Below, in pieces: positions 47,532 through 59,044 of a DNA stretch of 64,000 nucleotides. A program made the translations under genes and the position numbers. The number at the start of each line of letters is the position of its first letter. The stretch's first letter is position 1. This DNA comes from Escherichia coli (GTDB lineage Bacteria; Pseudomonadota; Gammaproteobacteria; Enterobacterales; Enterobacteriaceae): NCBI RefSeq assembly GCF_017348835.2, contig NZ_CP071375.1. One strand, 5' to 3'. The notes under the pieces are model-generated. The model was not told the DNA's origin. It saw only the letters and a list, made by a program, of their open reading frames with translations, and ran no database searches.

Positions 47532-47867
47532 TTTTAATTCTTGAAAAAAATCTGCAAAACACGATAAATTGTCGTAGATCAAATTGGTGAGATCGTGACA
47601 ATTTCGCTATAAATTGATCACTGTCGAAAAATGCAAATTTGCTCAATAAAAACCTGTTTATTGTAAGGATTTTGCGGCGTAATATAATTACGGGATCAAT
47701 TTGGTTTATTCATTAACATATTTGTAACTTTTTTATCATTGTCTTTTCCTCTTTTGATGAAATGGCAACGATAGAGGCGAGCAAATAATTTTGTATTGGG
47801 GCATGCGTGTGACCCTTTCTAACGGGGTTCACTCTCGGAGTCTTCATGCGATGAGCAAGGAGTCATG

Positions 47868-49436
47868 ATGTTAGATATAGTCGAACTGTCGCGCTTACAG
47901 TTTGCCTTGACCGCGATGTACCACTTCCTTTTTGTGCCACTGACGCTCGGTATGGCGTTCCTGCTGGCCATTATGGAAACGGTCTACGTCCTTTCCGGCA
48001 AACAGATTTATAAAGATATGACCAAGTTCTGGGGCAAGTTGTTTGGTATCAACTTCGCTCTGGGTGTGGCTACCGGTCTGACCATGGAGTTCCAGTTCGG
48101 GACTAACTGGTCTTACTATTCCCACTATGTAGGGGATATCTTCGGTGCGCCGCTGGCAATTGAAGGTCTAATGGCCTTCTTCCTCGAATCCACCTTTGTA
48201 GGTCTGTTCTTCTTCGGTTGGGATCGTCTGGGTAAAGTTCAGCATATGTGTGTCACCTGGCTGGTGGCGCTCGGTTCAAACCTGTCCGCACTGTGGATTC
48301 TGGTTGCGAACGGCTGGATGCAAAACCCAATCGCGTCCGATTTCAACTTTGAAACTATGCGTATGGAGATGGTGAGCTTCTCCGAGCTGGTGCTTAACCC
48401 GGTTGCTCAGGTGAAATTCGTTCACACTGTAGCCTCTGGTTATGTGACTGGCGCGATGTTCATCCTCGGTATCAGCGCATGGTATATGCTGAAAGGTCGT
48501 GACTTCGCCTTCGCTAAACGCTCCTTTGCTATCGCTGCCAGCTTCGGTATGGCTGCCGTTCTGTCTGTTATTGTTCTGGGTGATGAATCCGGCTACGAAA
48601 TGGGCGACGTGCAGAAAACCAAACTGGCTGCTATTGAAGCTGAGTGGGAAACGCAACCTGCGCCTGCTGCCTTTACTCTGTTCGGCATTCCTGATCAGGA
48701 AGAGGAGACGAACAAATTTGCTATCCAGATCCCTTACGCGCTGGGCATCATTGCAACGCGTTCCGTGGATACTCCAGTTATCGGCCTGAAAGAACTGATG
48801 GTGCAGCATGAAGAACGCATTCGTAACGGGATGAAGGCGTACTCTCTGCTTGAGCAACTGCGTTCTGGTTCTACCGACCAGGCGGTTCGTGACCAGTTCA
48901 ATAGCATGAAGAAAGACCTCGGTTACGGTCTGCTGCTGAAACGCTATACGCCAAACGTGGCTGATGCGACTGAAGCTCAGATTCAACAGGCAACCAAAGA
49001 CTCCATTCCGCGTGTAGCGCCGCTGTACTTCGCGTTCCGTATCATGGTGGCGTGTGGCTTCCTGCTGCTGGCAATCATCGCGCTCTCTTTCTGGAGTGTC
49101 ATCCGCAACCGCATTGGCGAGAAAAAATGGCTGCTGCGCGCCGCGCTGTACGGTATTCCGCTGCCGTGGATTGCTGTAGAAGCGGGCTGGTTCGTGGCTG
49201 AATATGGCCGCCAACCGTGGGCTATCGGTGAAGTGCTGCCGACAGCTGTGGCGAACTCGTCACTGACCGCAGGCGATCTCATCTTCTCAATGGTGCTGAT
49301 TTGCGGCCTGTATACCCTGTTCCTGGTGGCAGAATTGTTCTTAATGTTCAAGTTTGCACGCCTCGGCCCAAGCAGCCTGAAAACCGGTCGCTATCACTTT
49401 GAGCAGTCTTCCACGACTACTCAGCCGGCACGCTAA
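47868..49436 (+). CDS. cydA: Cytochrome bd-I ubiquinol oxidase subunit I
   Basis: 522-aa product [41 protein letters not shown]... (ORF track starts one Met earlier). Confidence 0.97.
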
Positions 49437-49451
49437 GACAGGAGTCGTCAA

Positions 49452-50591
49452 ATGATCGATTATGAAGTATTGCGTTTTATCTGGTGGCTGCTGGTTGGCG
49501 TTCTGCTGATTGGTTTTGCAGTCACTGACGGTTTCGACATGGGGGTGGGCATGCTCACCCGTTTCCTCGGTCGTAACGACACCGAGCGTCGAATTATGAT
49601 TAACTCCATTGCACCACACTGGGACGGTAACCAGGTTTGGCTGATCACCGCAGGCGGCGCACTGTTTGCTGCCTGGCCGATGGTCTATGCCGCTGCGTTC
49701 TCCGGCTTCTATGTGGCGATGATCCTCGTGCTGGCGTCTTTGTTCTTCCGTCCGGTCGGTTTTGACTACCGCTCCAAGATTGAAGAAACCCGCTGGCGTA
49801 ACATGTGGGACTGGGGCATCTTCATTGGTAGCTTCGTTCCGCCGTTGGTGATTGGTGTAGCGTTCGGTAACCTGTTGCAGGGCGTACCGTTCAACGTTGA
49901 TGAATATCTGCGTCTGTACTACACCGGTAACTTCTTCCAGCTGCTTAACCCGTTCGGCCTGCTGGCAGGCGTGGTGAGCGTAGGGATGATCATTACTCAG
50001 GGCGCGACTTATCTGCAGATGCGTACCGTGGGCGAACTGCACCTGCGTACCCGTGCAACGGCTCAGGTGGCGGCACTGGTGACACTGGTCTGCTTCGCAC
50101 TAGCTGGCGTATGGGTGATGTACGGTATCGATGGTTATGTCGTGAAATCGACAATGGACCATTACGCAGCCTCTAACCCGCTGAATAAAGAAGTGGTTCG
50201 TGAAGCTGGCGCATGGCTGGTTAACTTCAACAACACGCCAATTCTGTGGGCTATTCCGGCACTGGGTGTGGTTCTGCCGCTGCTGACCATCCTGACTGCA
50301 CGTATGGATAAAGCCGCGTGGGCGTTTGTGTTCTCCTCCCTGACGCTGGCCTGCATCATCCTGACTGCCGGTATCGCAATGTTCCCGTTTGTGATGCCGT
50401 CCAGCACCATGATGAACGCAAGTCTGACAATGTGGGATGCAACTTCCAGCCAGCTGACACTTAACGTCATGACCTGGGTTGCGGTGGTTCTGGTACCGAT
50501 CATTCTGCTCTACACCGCCTGGTGTTACTGGAAAATGTTCGGTCGTATCACCAAAGAAGATATTGAACGTAACACCCACTCTCTGTACTAA
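49452..50591 (+). CDS. cydB: Cytochrome bd-I ubiquinol oxidase subunit II
   Basis: 379-aa ORF MIDYEVLRFIWWLLVGVLLIGFAVTDGFDMGVGMLTRFL... Confidence 0.97.
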   Translation: MIDYEVLRFIWWLLVGVLLIGFAVTDGFDMGVGMLTRFLGRNDTERRIMINSIAPHWDGNQVWLITAGGALFAAWPMVYAAAFSGFYVAMILVLASLFFRPVGFDYRSKIEETRWRNMWDWGIFIGSFVPPLVIGVAFGNLLQGVPFNVDEYLRLYYTGNFFQLLNPFGLLAGVVSVGMIITQGATYLQMRTVGELHLRTRATAQVAALVTLVCFALAGVWVMYGIDGYVVKSTMDHYAASNPLNKEVVREAGAWLVNFNNTPILWAIPALGVVLPLLTILTARMDKAAWAFVFSSLTLACIILTAGIAMFPFVMPSSTMMNASLTMWDATSSQLTLNVMTWVAVVLVPIILLYTAWCYWKMFGRITKEDIERNTHSLY

Positions 50592-50605
50592 GTAAGGAGC
50601 TAAAA

Positions 50606-50719
50606 ATGTGGTATTTCGCATGGATTCTGGGAACGCTTCTTGCCTGTTCGTTTGGGGTAATCACCGCGCTGGCGCTTGAGCACGTCGAATCAGGCAAAGC
50701 CGGTCAAGAAGACATCTGA
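50606..50719 (+). CDS. cydX: Cytochrome bd-I oxidase small subunit CydX (37 aa)
   Basis: MWYFAWILGTLLACSFGVITALALEHVESGKAGQEDI with AGGAG RBS; below the ORF-track size cut-off, found by reading the sequence. Confidence 0.8.
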   Translation: MWYFAWILGTLLACSFGVITALALEHVESGKAGQEDI

Positions 50720-51012
50720 TGAGTAAGATTATCGCAACCTTGTATGCGGTAATGGACAAGCGCCCCCTGCGGGCGCTTTCCTTCGTGATGGCGCTTCTGT
50801 TAGCAGGATGTATGTTTTGGGACCCATCTCGTTTTGCCGCGAAGACCAGTGAACTGGAAATCTGGCATGGTTTATTGCTGATGTGGGCCGTCTGTGCTGG
50901 TGTGATTCACGGCGTGGGCTTTCGTCCGCAGAAGGTTCTTTGGCAAGGGATTTTTTGCCCATTGCTTGCCGATATTGTTCTCATTGTCGGGCTGATTTTC
51001 TTCTTCTTTTAA
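50719..51012 (+). CDS. ybgE: cyd operon protein YbgE
   Basis: 97-aa ORF MSKIIATLYAVMDKRPLRALSFVMALLLAGCMFWD... Confidence 0.8.
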   Translation: MSKIIATLYAVMDKRPLRALSFVMALLLAGCMFWDPSRFAAKTSELEIWHGLLLMWAVCAGVIHGVGFRPQKVLWQGIFCPLLADIVLIVGLIFFFF

Positions 51013-51161
51013 ATCAGAATTCTCTTTAAAAAATTATGGGCCGCTCCAGGCCCATAAATTTTTACGCTCCCTTAACTTGCCCTCATTCCCAAACCTCAAT
51101 CGCGCGCGTATAGTAGCAGCGTTTAAAAGCTCTAACTTTTGTTGCATTACCGGGATGTAAA

Positions 51162-52255
<1,094 letters not shown>

Positions 52256-52258
52256 GCC

Positions 52259-52687
52259 ATGGCCAGAGCGCGTGGACGAGGTCGTCGCGATCTCAAGTCC
52301 GAAATCAACATTGTACCGTTGCTGGACGTACTGCTGGTGCTGTTGCTGATCTTTATGGCGACAGCGCCCATCATCACCCAGAGCGTGGAGGTCGATCTGC
52401 CAGACGCTACTGAATCACAGGCGGTGAGCAGTAACGATAATCCGCCAGTGATTGTTGAAGTGTCTGGTATTGGTCAGTACACCGTAGTGGTTGAGAAAGA
52501 TCGCCTGGAGCGTTTACCACCAGAGCAGGTGGTGGCGGAAGTGTCCAGCCGTTTCAAGGCCAACCCGAAAACGGTCTTTCTGATCGGTGGCGCAAAAGAT
52601 GTGCCTTACGATGAAATAATTAAAGCACTGAACTTGTTACATAGTGCGGGTGTGAAATCGGTTGGTTTAATGACGCAGCCTATATAA
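52259..52687 (+). CDS. tolR: Tol-Pal system protein TolR
   Basis: 142-aa ORF MARARGRGRRDLKSEINIVPLLDVLLVLLLIFMATAPIIT... Confidence 0.95.
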   Translation: MARARGRGRRDLKSEINIVPLLDVLLVLLLIFMATAPIITQSVEVDLPDATESQAVSSNDNPPVIVEVSGIGQYTVVVEKDRLERLPPEQVVAEVSSRFKANPKTVFLIGGAKDVPYDEIIKALNLLHSAGVKSVGLMTQPI

Positions 52688-52751
52688 ACATCTGCGTTTC
52701 CCTTGCTTGAAAGAGAGCGGGTAACAGGCGAACAGTTTTTGGAAACCGAGA

Positions 52752-54017
52752 GTGTCAAAGGCAACCGAACAAAACGACAAGCTCAAGCGGGCGATAATTA
52801 TTTCAGCAGTGCTGCATGTCATCTTATTTGCGGCGCTGATCTGGAGTTCGTTCGATGAGAATATAGAAGCTTCAGCCGGAGGCGGCGGTGGTTCGTCCAT
52901 CGACGCTGTCATGGTTGATTCAGGTGCGGTAGTTGAGCAGTACAAACGCATGCAAAGCCAGGAATCAAGCGCGAAGCGTTCTGATGAGCAGCGCAAGATG
53001 AAGGAACAGCAGGCTGCTGAAGAACTGCGTGAGAAACAAGCGGCTGAACAGGAACGCCTGAAGCAACTTGAGAAAGAGCGGTTAGCTGCTCAGGAACAGA
53101 AAAAGCAGGCTGAAGAAGCCGCAAAACAGGCCGAGTTAAAGCAGAAGCAAGCGGAAGAGGCGGCAGCGAAAGCGGCGGCAGATGCTAAAGCGAAGGCCGA
53201 AGCGGATGCTAAAGCTGCGGAAGATGCAGCGAAGAAAGCGGCTGCAGATGCGAAGAAAAAAGCAGAAGCAGAAGCCGCCAAAGCCGCAGCCGAAGCGCAG
53301 AAAAAAGCCGAGGCAGCAGCTGCGGCGCTGAAGAAGAAAGCGGAAGCGGCAGAAGCAGCTGCAGCTGAAGCAAGAAAGAAAGCGGCAACTGAAGCTGCTG
53401 AAAAAGCCAAGGCAGAAGCTGAGAAGAAAGCGGCTGCTGAAAAGGCTGCAGCTGATAAGAAAGCGGCAGCAGAGAAAGCTGCAGCCGACAAAAAAGCAGC
53501 AGAAAAAGCGGCTGCTGAAAAGGCAGCAGCTGATAAGAAAGCAGCGGCAGAAAAAGCCGCCGCAGACAAAAAAGCGGCAGCTGCAAAAGCAGCAGCTGAA
53601 AAAGCCGCTGCAGCAAAAGCTGCCGCAGAGGCAGATGATATTTTCGGTGAGCTAAGCTCTGGTAAGAATGCACCGAAAACGGGGGGAGGGGCGAAAGGGA
53701 ACAATGCTTCGCCTGCCGGGAGTGGTAATACTAAAAACAATGGCGCATCAGGGGCCGATATCAATAACTATGCCGGGCAGATTAAATCTGCTATCGAAAG
53801 TAAGTTCTATGACGCATCGTCCTATGCAGGCAAAACCTGTACGCTGCGCATAAAACTGGCACCCGATGGTATGTTACTGGATATCAAACCTGAAGGTGGC
53901 GATCCCGCACTTTGTCAAGCTGCGTTGGCAGCAGCTAAACTTGCGAAGATCCCGAAACCACCAAGCCAGGCAGTATATGAAGTGTTCAAAAACGCGCCAT
54001 TGGACTTCAAACCGTAA
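52752..54017 (+). CDS. tolA: Tol-Pal system protein TolA
   Basis: 421-aa ORF with N-terminal TM anchor, long Ala/Lys/Glu-rich helical domain II and C-terminal domain III. Confidence 0.95.
   Translation: MSKATEQNDKLKRAIIISAVLHVILFAALIWSSFDENIEASAGGGGGSSIDAVMVDSGAVVEQYKRMQSQESSAKRSDEQRKMKEQQAAEELREKQAAEQERLKQLEKERLAAQEQKKQAEEAAKQAELKQKQAEEAAAKAAADAKAKAEADAKAAEDAAKKAAADAKKKAEAEAAKAAAEAQKKAEAAAAALKKKAEAAEAAAAEARKKAATEAAEKAKAEAEKKAAAEKAAADKKAAAEKAAADKKAAEKAAAEKAAADKKAAAEKAAADKKAAAAKAAAEKAAAAKAAAEADDIFGELSSGKNAPKTGGGAKGNNASPAGSGNTKNNGASGADINNYAGQIKSAIESKFYDASSYAGKTCTLRIKLAPDGMLLDIKPEGGDPALCQAALAAAKLAKIPKPPSQAVYEVFKNAPLDFKP
53150..53640 (+). repeat. Degenerate tandem coding repeats (Ala/Lys/Glu-rich) inside tolA domain II
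   Basis: Reiterated gcggcagcagagaaagctgcagccgacaaaaaagca-type units encoding (E/D)KAAA...KKAA repeats. Confidence 0.8.
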
Positions 54018-54149
54018 TCGCGATGTTGACTGTTCCGACGGTCAACATCAGGCACCGGTTGCCACGGGGTTCTGGTAGTTTTGTGTATTTTAGTTTGTTA
54101 ACATTCTGCTAAATTATCGTGGGCCATCGGTCCAGATAAGGGAGATATG

Positions 54150-55442
54150 ATGAAGCAGGCATTACGAGTAGCATTTGGTTTTCTCATACTGTGGGCATCA
54201 GTTCTGCATGCTGAAGTCCGCATTGTGATCGACAGCGGTGTAGATTCCGGTCGTCCTATTGGTGTTGTTCCTTTCCAGTGGGCGGGTCCTGGTGCGGCAC
54301 CTGAAGATATTGGCGGCATCGTTGCTGCCGACTTGCGTAACAGCGGTAAATTTAATCCGTTAGATCGCGCTCGTCTGCCACAGCAGCCGGGTAGTGCGCA
54401 GGAAGTACAACCAGCTGCATGGTCCGCGCTGGGTATTGACGCTGTAGTTGTCGGTCAGGTCACTCCGAATCCGGATGGTTCTTACAATGTTGCTTATCAA
54501 CTTGTTGACACTGGCGGCGCACCGGGTACTGTACTTGCTCAGAACTCGTACAAAGTGAACAAGCAGTGGCTGCGTTATGCTGGTCATACCGCCAGTGATG
54601 AAGTGTTTGAAAAACTGACCGGCATTAAAGGTGCGTTCCGTACCCGTATTGCCTACGTTGTTCAGACCAACGGCGGTCAGTTCCCGTATGAACTGCGCGT
54701 ATCTGACTATGACGGTTACAACCAGTTTGTCGTTCACCGTTCACCACAGCCGCTGATGTCCCCGGCGTGGTCACCAGACGGTTCTAAACTGGCTTATGTG
54801 ACCTTCGAAAGCGGTCGTTCCGCGCTGGTTATCCAAACGCTGGCAAACGGCGCTGTACGTCAGGTGGCTTCATTCCCGCGTCACAACGGTGCGCCTGCAT
54901 TCTCGCCAGACGGCAGCAAACTGGCATTCGCCTTGTCGAAAACCGGTAGCCTGAACCTGTACGTAATGGATTTGGCTTCTGGCCAGATCCGCCAGGTGAC
55001 TGATGGTCGCAGTAACAATACCGAACCGACCTGGTTCCCGGACAGCCAGAACCTGGCATTTACTTCTGACCAGGCCGGTCGCCCACAGGTTTATAAAGTG
55101 AATATCAACGGCGGTGCGCCACAACGTATTACCTGGGAAGGTTCGCAGAACCAGGATGCGGATGTCAGCAGCGACGGTAAATTTATGGTAATGGTCAGCT
55201 CCAACGGTGGGCAGCAGCACATTGCCAAACAAGATCTGGCAACGGGAGGCGTACAAGTTCTGTCGTCCACGTTCCTGGATGAAACGCCAAGTCTGGCACC
55301 TAACGGCACTATGGTAATCTACAGCTCTTCTCAGGGGATGGGATCCGTGCTGAATTTGGTTTCTACAGATGGGCGTTTCAAAGCGCGTCTTCCGGCAACT
55401 GATGGACAGGTCAAATTCCCTGCCTGGTCGCCGTATCTGTGA
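54150..55442 (+). CDS. tolB: Tol-Pal system periplasmic protein TolB
   Basis: ORF 54147..55442; [21 protein letters not shown] signal peptide followed by beta-propeller domain. Confidence 0.95.
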   Translation: MKQALRVAFGFLILWASVLHAEVRIVIDSGVDSGRPIGVVPFQWAGPGAAPEDIGGIVAADLRNSGKFNPLDRARLPQQPGSAQEVQPAAWSALGIDAVVVGQVTPNPDGSYNVAYQLVDTGGAPGTVLAQNSYKVNKQWLRYAGHTASDEVFEKLTGIKGAFRTRIAYVVQTNGGQFPYELRVSDYDGYNQFVVHRSPQPLMSPAWSPDGSKLAYVTFESGRSALVIQTLANGAVRQVASFPRHNGAPAFSPDGSKLAFALSKTGSLNLYVMDLASGQIRQVTDGRSNNTEPTWFPDSQNLAFTSDQAGRPQVYKVNINGGAPQRITWEGSQNQDADVSSDGKFMVMVSSNGGQQHIAKQDLATGGVQVLSSTFLDETPSLAPNGTMVIYSSSQGMGSVLNLVSTDGRFKARLPATDGQVKFPAWSPYL

Positions 55443-55452
55443 TAATAATTAA

Positions 55453-55998
<546 letters not shown>

Positions 55999-56007
55999 GA
56001 GAATTGC

Positions 56008-56799
56008 ATGAGCAGTAACTTCAGACATCAACTATTGAGTCTGTCGTTACTGGTTGGTATAGCGGCCCCCTGGGCCGCTTTTGCTCAGGCACCAATCAGT
56101 AGTGTCGGCTCAGGCTCGGTCGAAGACCGCGTCACTCAACTTGAGCGTATTTCTAATGCTCACAGCCAGCTTTTAACCCAACTCCAGCAACAACTCTCTG
56201 ATAATCAATCCGATATTGATTCCCTGCGTGGTCAGATTCAGGAAAATCAGTATCAACTGAATCAGGTCGTGGAGCGGCAAAAGCAGATCCTGTTGCAGAT
56301 CGACAGCCTCAGCAACGGTGGTGCAGCGGCGCAATCAACCAGCGGTGATCAAAGCGGTGCGGCGGCATCAACGACGCCGACAGCTGATGCTGGTACTGCG
56401 AATGCTGGCGCGCCGGTGAAAAGCGGTGATGCAAACACGGATTACAATGCAGCTATTGCGCTGGTGCAGGATAAATCCCGCCAGGATGACGCAATGGTGG
56501 CATTTCAGAATTTCATCAAAAATTACCCTGATTCAACTTACCTGCCAAACGCCAATTATTGGCTGGGTCAGTTAAACTACAACAAGGGTAAAAAAGATGA
56601 TGCGGCGTACTATTTTGCTTCGGTAGTGAAAAACTATCCGAAGTCACCAAAGGCTGCAGATGCGATGTTTAAAGTCGGCGTCATCATGCAGGACAAAGGT
56701 GACACCGCAAAAGCGAAAGCCGTATACCACCAGGTTATCAGTAAATACCCTGGTACTGATGGCGCTAAACAGGCACAAAAACGTCTGAACGCGATGTAA
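56008..56799 (+). CDS. cpoB: Cell division coordinator CpoB (YbgF)
   Basis: 263-aa ORF MSSNFRHQLLSLSLLVGIAAPWAAFAQA... with coiled-coil and TPR-like C-terminal region. Confidence 0.9.
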   Translation: MSSNFRHQLLSLSLLVGIAAPWAAFAQAPISSVGSGSVEDRVTQLERISNAHSQLLTQLQQQLSDNQSDIDSLRGQIQENQYQLNQVVERQKQILLQIDSLSNGGAAAQSTSGDQSGAAASTTPTADAGTANAGAPVKSGDANTDYNAAIALVQDKSRQDDAMVAFQNFIKNYPDSTYLPNANYWLGQLNYNKGKKDDAAYYFASVVKNYPKSPKAADAMFKVGVIMQDKGDTAKAKAVYHQVISKYPGTDGAKQAQKRLNAM

Positions 56800-56963
56800 T
56801 GCATAACACACGACCAGAAGTCGCATTATTTCTGGTCGTGTCGTGCGAATCATAAGCAGTTGAGTGATCTACATCGAAATTTTTGTTGCGCTCAAGTCTG
56901 AAATCAGTAATATATGCCGCCGTTGCCACGGGATATCAAACAAACCGAAAGCAACGAAAAAGT

Positions 56964-57039
56964 GGGTCGTTAGCTCAGTTGGTAGAGCAGTTGACTTTTA
57001 ATCAATTGGTCGCAGGTTCGAATCCTGCACGACCCACCA
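56964..57039 (+). tRNA. lysT: tRNA-Lys (anticodon UUU)
   Basis: GGGTCGTTAGCTCAGTTGGTAGAGCAGTTGACTTTTAATCAATTGGTCGCAGGTTCGAATCCTGCACGACCCACCA, 76 nt. Confidence 0.95.
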
Positions 57040-57074
57040 CTAACCTAGTTAGTTGTAGTATCCAGCGTAGTATC

Positions 57075-57150
57075 GGGTGATTAGCTCAGCTGGGAGAGCA
57101 CCTCCCTTACAAGGAGGGGGTCGGCGGTTCGATCCCGTCATCACCCACCA
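57075..57150 (+). tRNA. valT: tRNA-Val (anticodon UAC)
   Basis: GGGTGATTAGCTCAGCTGGGAGAGCACCTCCCTTACAAGGAGGGGGTCGGCGGTTCGATCCCGTCATCACCCACCA, 76 nt. Confidence 0.95.
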
Positions 57151-57152
57151 CC

Positions 57153-57228
57153 GGGTCGTTAGCTCAGTTGGTAGAGCAGTTGACTTTTAATCAATTGGTC
57201 GCAGGTTCGAATCCTGCACGACCCACCA
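57153..57228 (+). tRNA. lysW: tRNA-Lys (anticodon UUU)
   Basis: Identical to the first tRNA-Lys; begins 2 nt after tRNA-Val. Confidence 0.95.
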
Positions 57229-57279
57229 TTAATTACGGTGGGTTCGGTGGAAGTAGTTTGTAGTATCCAACGCAGTATC

Positions 57280-57355
57280 GGGTGATTAGCTCAGTTGGTA
57301 GAGCAGTTGACTTTTAATCAATTGGTCGCAGGTTCGAATCCTGCACGACCCACCA
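57280..57355 (+). tRNA. Chimeric tRNA: valine-type 5' acceptor strand (GGGTGAT) fused to a tRNA-Lys(UUU) body; possibly a pseudo-tRNA
   Basis: GGGTGATTAGCTCAGTTGGTAGAGCAGTTGACTTTTAATCAATTGGTCGCAGGTTCGAATCCTGCACGACCCACCA; differs from tRNA-Lys only at positions 5-6 (GA instead of CG), giving G5-G68 and A6-C67 mismatches; upstream spacer is valT-like. Confidence 0.7.
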
Positions 57356-57434
57356 ATTTTAACATCAAACTCAGATGTTAAGCGTGAAGGATAACGTTGC
57401 GCCAGCAACGGCCCGTAGGGCGAGCGAAGCGAGT

Positions 57435-57452
57435 CATCCTGCACGACCCACC
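57435..57452 (+). other. Orphan 3' fragment of a tRNA-Lys gene
   Basis: atcctgcacgacccacca, identical to the last 18 nt of tRNA-Lys, standing alone in the spacer between the chimeric tRNA and the next tRNA-Lys. Confidence 0.7.
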
Positions 57453-57501
57453 AATCTTAAAGATTGGCCCCGAGTAAAAATCTTTCAGGTAACACCCGTA
57501 T

Positions 57502-57577
57502 GGGTCGTTAGCTCAGTTGGTAGAGCAGTTGACTTTTAATCAATTGGTCGCAGGTTCGAATCCTGCACGACCCACCA
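57502..57577 (+). tRNA. tRNA-Lys (anticodon UUU)
   Basis: Same 76-nt sequence as lysT. Confidence 0.95.
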
Positions 57578-57610
57578 TCCTGAATGATTAAAGCAGCATA
57601 ATCCCGCAAG

Positions 57611-57686
57611 GGGTCGTTAGCTCAGTTGGTAGAGCAGTTGACTTTTAATCAATTGGTCGCAGGTTCGAATCCTGCACGACCCACCA
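57611..57686 (+). tRNA. tRNA-Lys (anticodon UUU)
   Basis: Same 76-nt sequence as lysT; last gene of the tRNA operon. Confidence 0.95.
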
Positions 57687-57693
57687 ATGTAAG

Positions 57694-57717
57694 AAAGCGC
57701 CCTAAAGGCGCTTTTTT
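57694..57717 (+). terminator. Rho-independent terminator of the tRNA operon
   Basis: aaagcgccctaaaggcgcttttttg: GC stem followed by T6. Confidence 0.85.
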
Positions 57718-57873
57718 GCTATTCAGGCATCCCTCAATTTAACTTTGTAAACCTGATGACATAGTCAGAGCTTACTGTGCAAGCAACTCTATGTCGGTGG
57801 AATTAGGCGTAAAATGACGCATCCTGCACATTAGGCGTAATTCGAGTGACTTTTCCCCACCATTCGACTATCT

Positions 57874-57891
57874 TGTTTAGCATATAAAACA
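57874..57891 (+). promoter_or_regulatory. Candidate NadR operator upstream of nadA
   Basis: TGTTTAGCATATAAAACA, near-palindrome of the TGTTTA...TAAACA type ~70 bp upstream of the nadA start. Confidence 0.5.
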
Positions 57892-57963
57892 AATTACACC
57901 GATAACAGCGAATATGACGCTTATGTCGGTTTTAACGTTAAGCCTGTAAAACGAGATGGTAAG

Positions 57964-59007
57964 ATGAGCGTGATGTTTGATCCAGACACGGCGATTTATC
58001 CTTTCCCCCCGAAGCCGACGCCGTTAAGCATTGATGAAAAAGCGTATTACCGCGAGAAGATAAAACGTCTGCTAAAAGAACGTAATGCGGTGATGGTTGC
58101 CCATTACTATACCGATCCCGAAATTCAACAACTGGCAGAAGAAACCGGTGGCTGTATTTCTGATTCTCTGGAAATGGCGCGTTTCGGTGCAAAGCATCCC
58201 GCTTCTACGTTGTTAGTCGCTGGGGTGAGATTTATGGGAGAAACCGCCAAAATTCTCAGTCCGGAAAAAACAATTCTGATGCCGACACTTCAGGCTGAAT
58301 GTTCACTGGATCTCGGCTGCCCTGTTGAAGAATTTAACGCATTTTGCGATGCCCATCCCGATCATACTGTCGTCGTCTACGCCAACACTTCTGCTGCGGT
58401 AAAAGCGCGGGCAGATTGGGTGGTAACTTCAAGCATTGCCGTCGAACTTATTGATCATCTGGATAGTTTGGGTGAAAAAATCATCTGGGCACCCGACAAA
58501 CATCTGGGGCGTTACGTGCAAAAAAAGACGGGCGCAGACATTTTATGCTGGCAGGGTGCCTGCATTGTGCATGATGAGTTTAAGACTCAGGCGTTAACCC
58601 GCTTGCAAGAAGAATATCCGGATGCTGCCATACTGGTGCATCCAGAATCACCACAAGCTATTGTCGATATGGCGGATGCGGTCGGTTCCACCAGTCAACT
58701 GATCGCTGCTGCAAAAGCATTGCCTCATCAGAGGCTTATTGTGGCAACCGATCGGGGTATTTTCTACAAAATGCAGCAGGCGGTGCCAGATAAAGAGTTA
58801 CTGGAAGCACCAACCGCAGGTGAGGGCGCAACCTGTCGCAGCTGCGCGCATTGTCCGTGGATGGCCATGAATGGCCTTCAGGCCATCGCAGAGGCATTAG
58901 AACAGGAAGGAAGCAATCACGAGGTTCATGTTGATGAAAGGCTGCGAGAGAGGGCGCTGGTGCCGCTCAATCGTATGCTGGATTTTGCGGCTACACTACG
59001 TGGATAA
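57964..59007 (+). CDS. nadA: Quinolinate synthase A
   Basis: 347-aa [58 protein letters not shown]... Confidence 0.95.
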   Translation: MSVMFDPDTAIYPFPPKPTPLSIDEKAYYREKIKRLLKERNAVMVAHYYTDPEIQQLAEETGGCISDSLEMARFGAKHPASTLLVAGVRFMGETAKILSPEKTILMPTLQAECSLDLGCPVEEFNAFCDAHPDHTVVVYANTSAAVKARADWVVTSSIAVELIDHLDSLGEKIIWAPDKHLGRYVQKKTGADILCWQGACIVHDEFKTQALTRLQEEYPDAAILVHPESPQAIVDMADAVGSTSQLIAAAKALPHQRLIVATDRGIFYKMQQAVPDKELLEAPTAGEGATCRSCAHCPWMAMNGLQAIAEALEQEGSNHEVHVDERLRERALVPLNRMLDFAATLRG

Positions 59008-59044
59008 CGAATAATAAGGCGTAACGTTACGCTTTGGGGGAAAG

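Noticed and set aside
52900-53650. Possible CRISPR-like or other repeat array
   Set aside because: The periodicity is the degenerate coding repeat of TolA domain II, in frame within an intact gene; no spacer-repeat architecture and no cas genes anywhere in the window.
53090-53764. Ala/Ser-rich ORFs (224 aa and 154 aa) on the minus strand within tolA
   Set aside because: Product of the repetitive Ala/Lys-coding region of tolA read in antisense; low complexity, no independent start signals.
56809-56840. Hairpin cacgaccagaa...ttctggtcgtg after cpoB as a terminator
   Set aside because: Stem-loop is present but not followed by a T-run; may be a weak or Rho-dependent element; not called.
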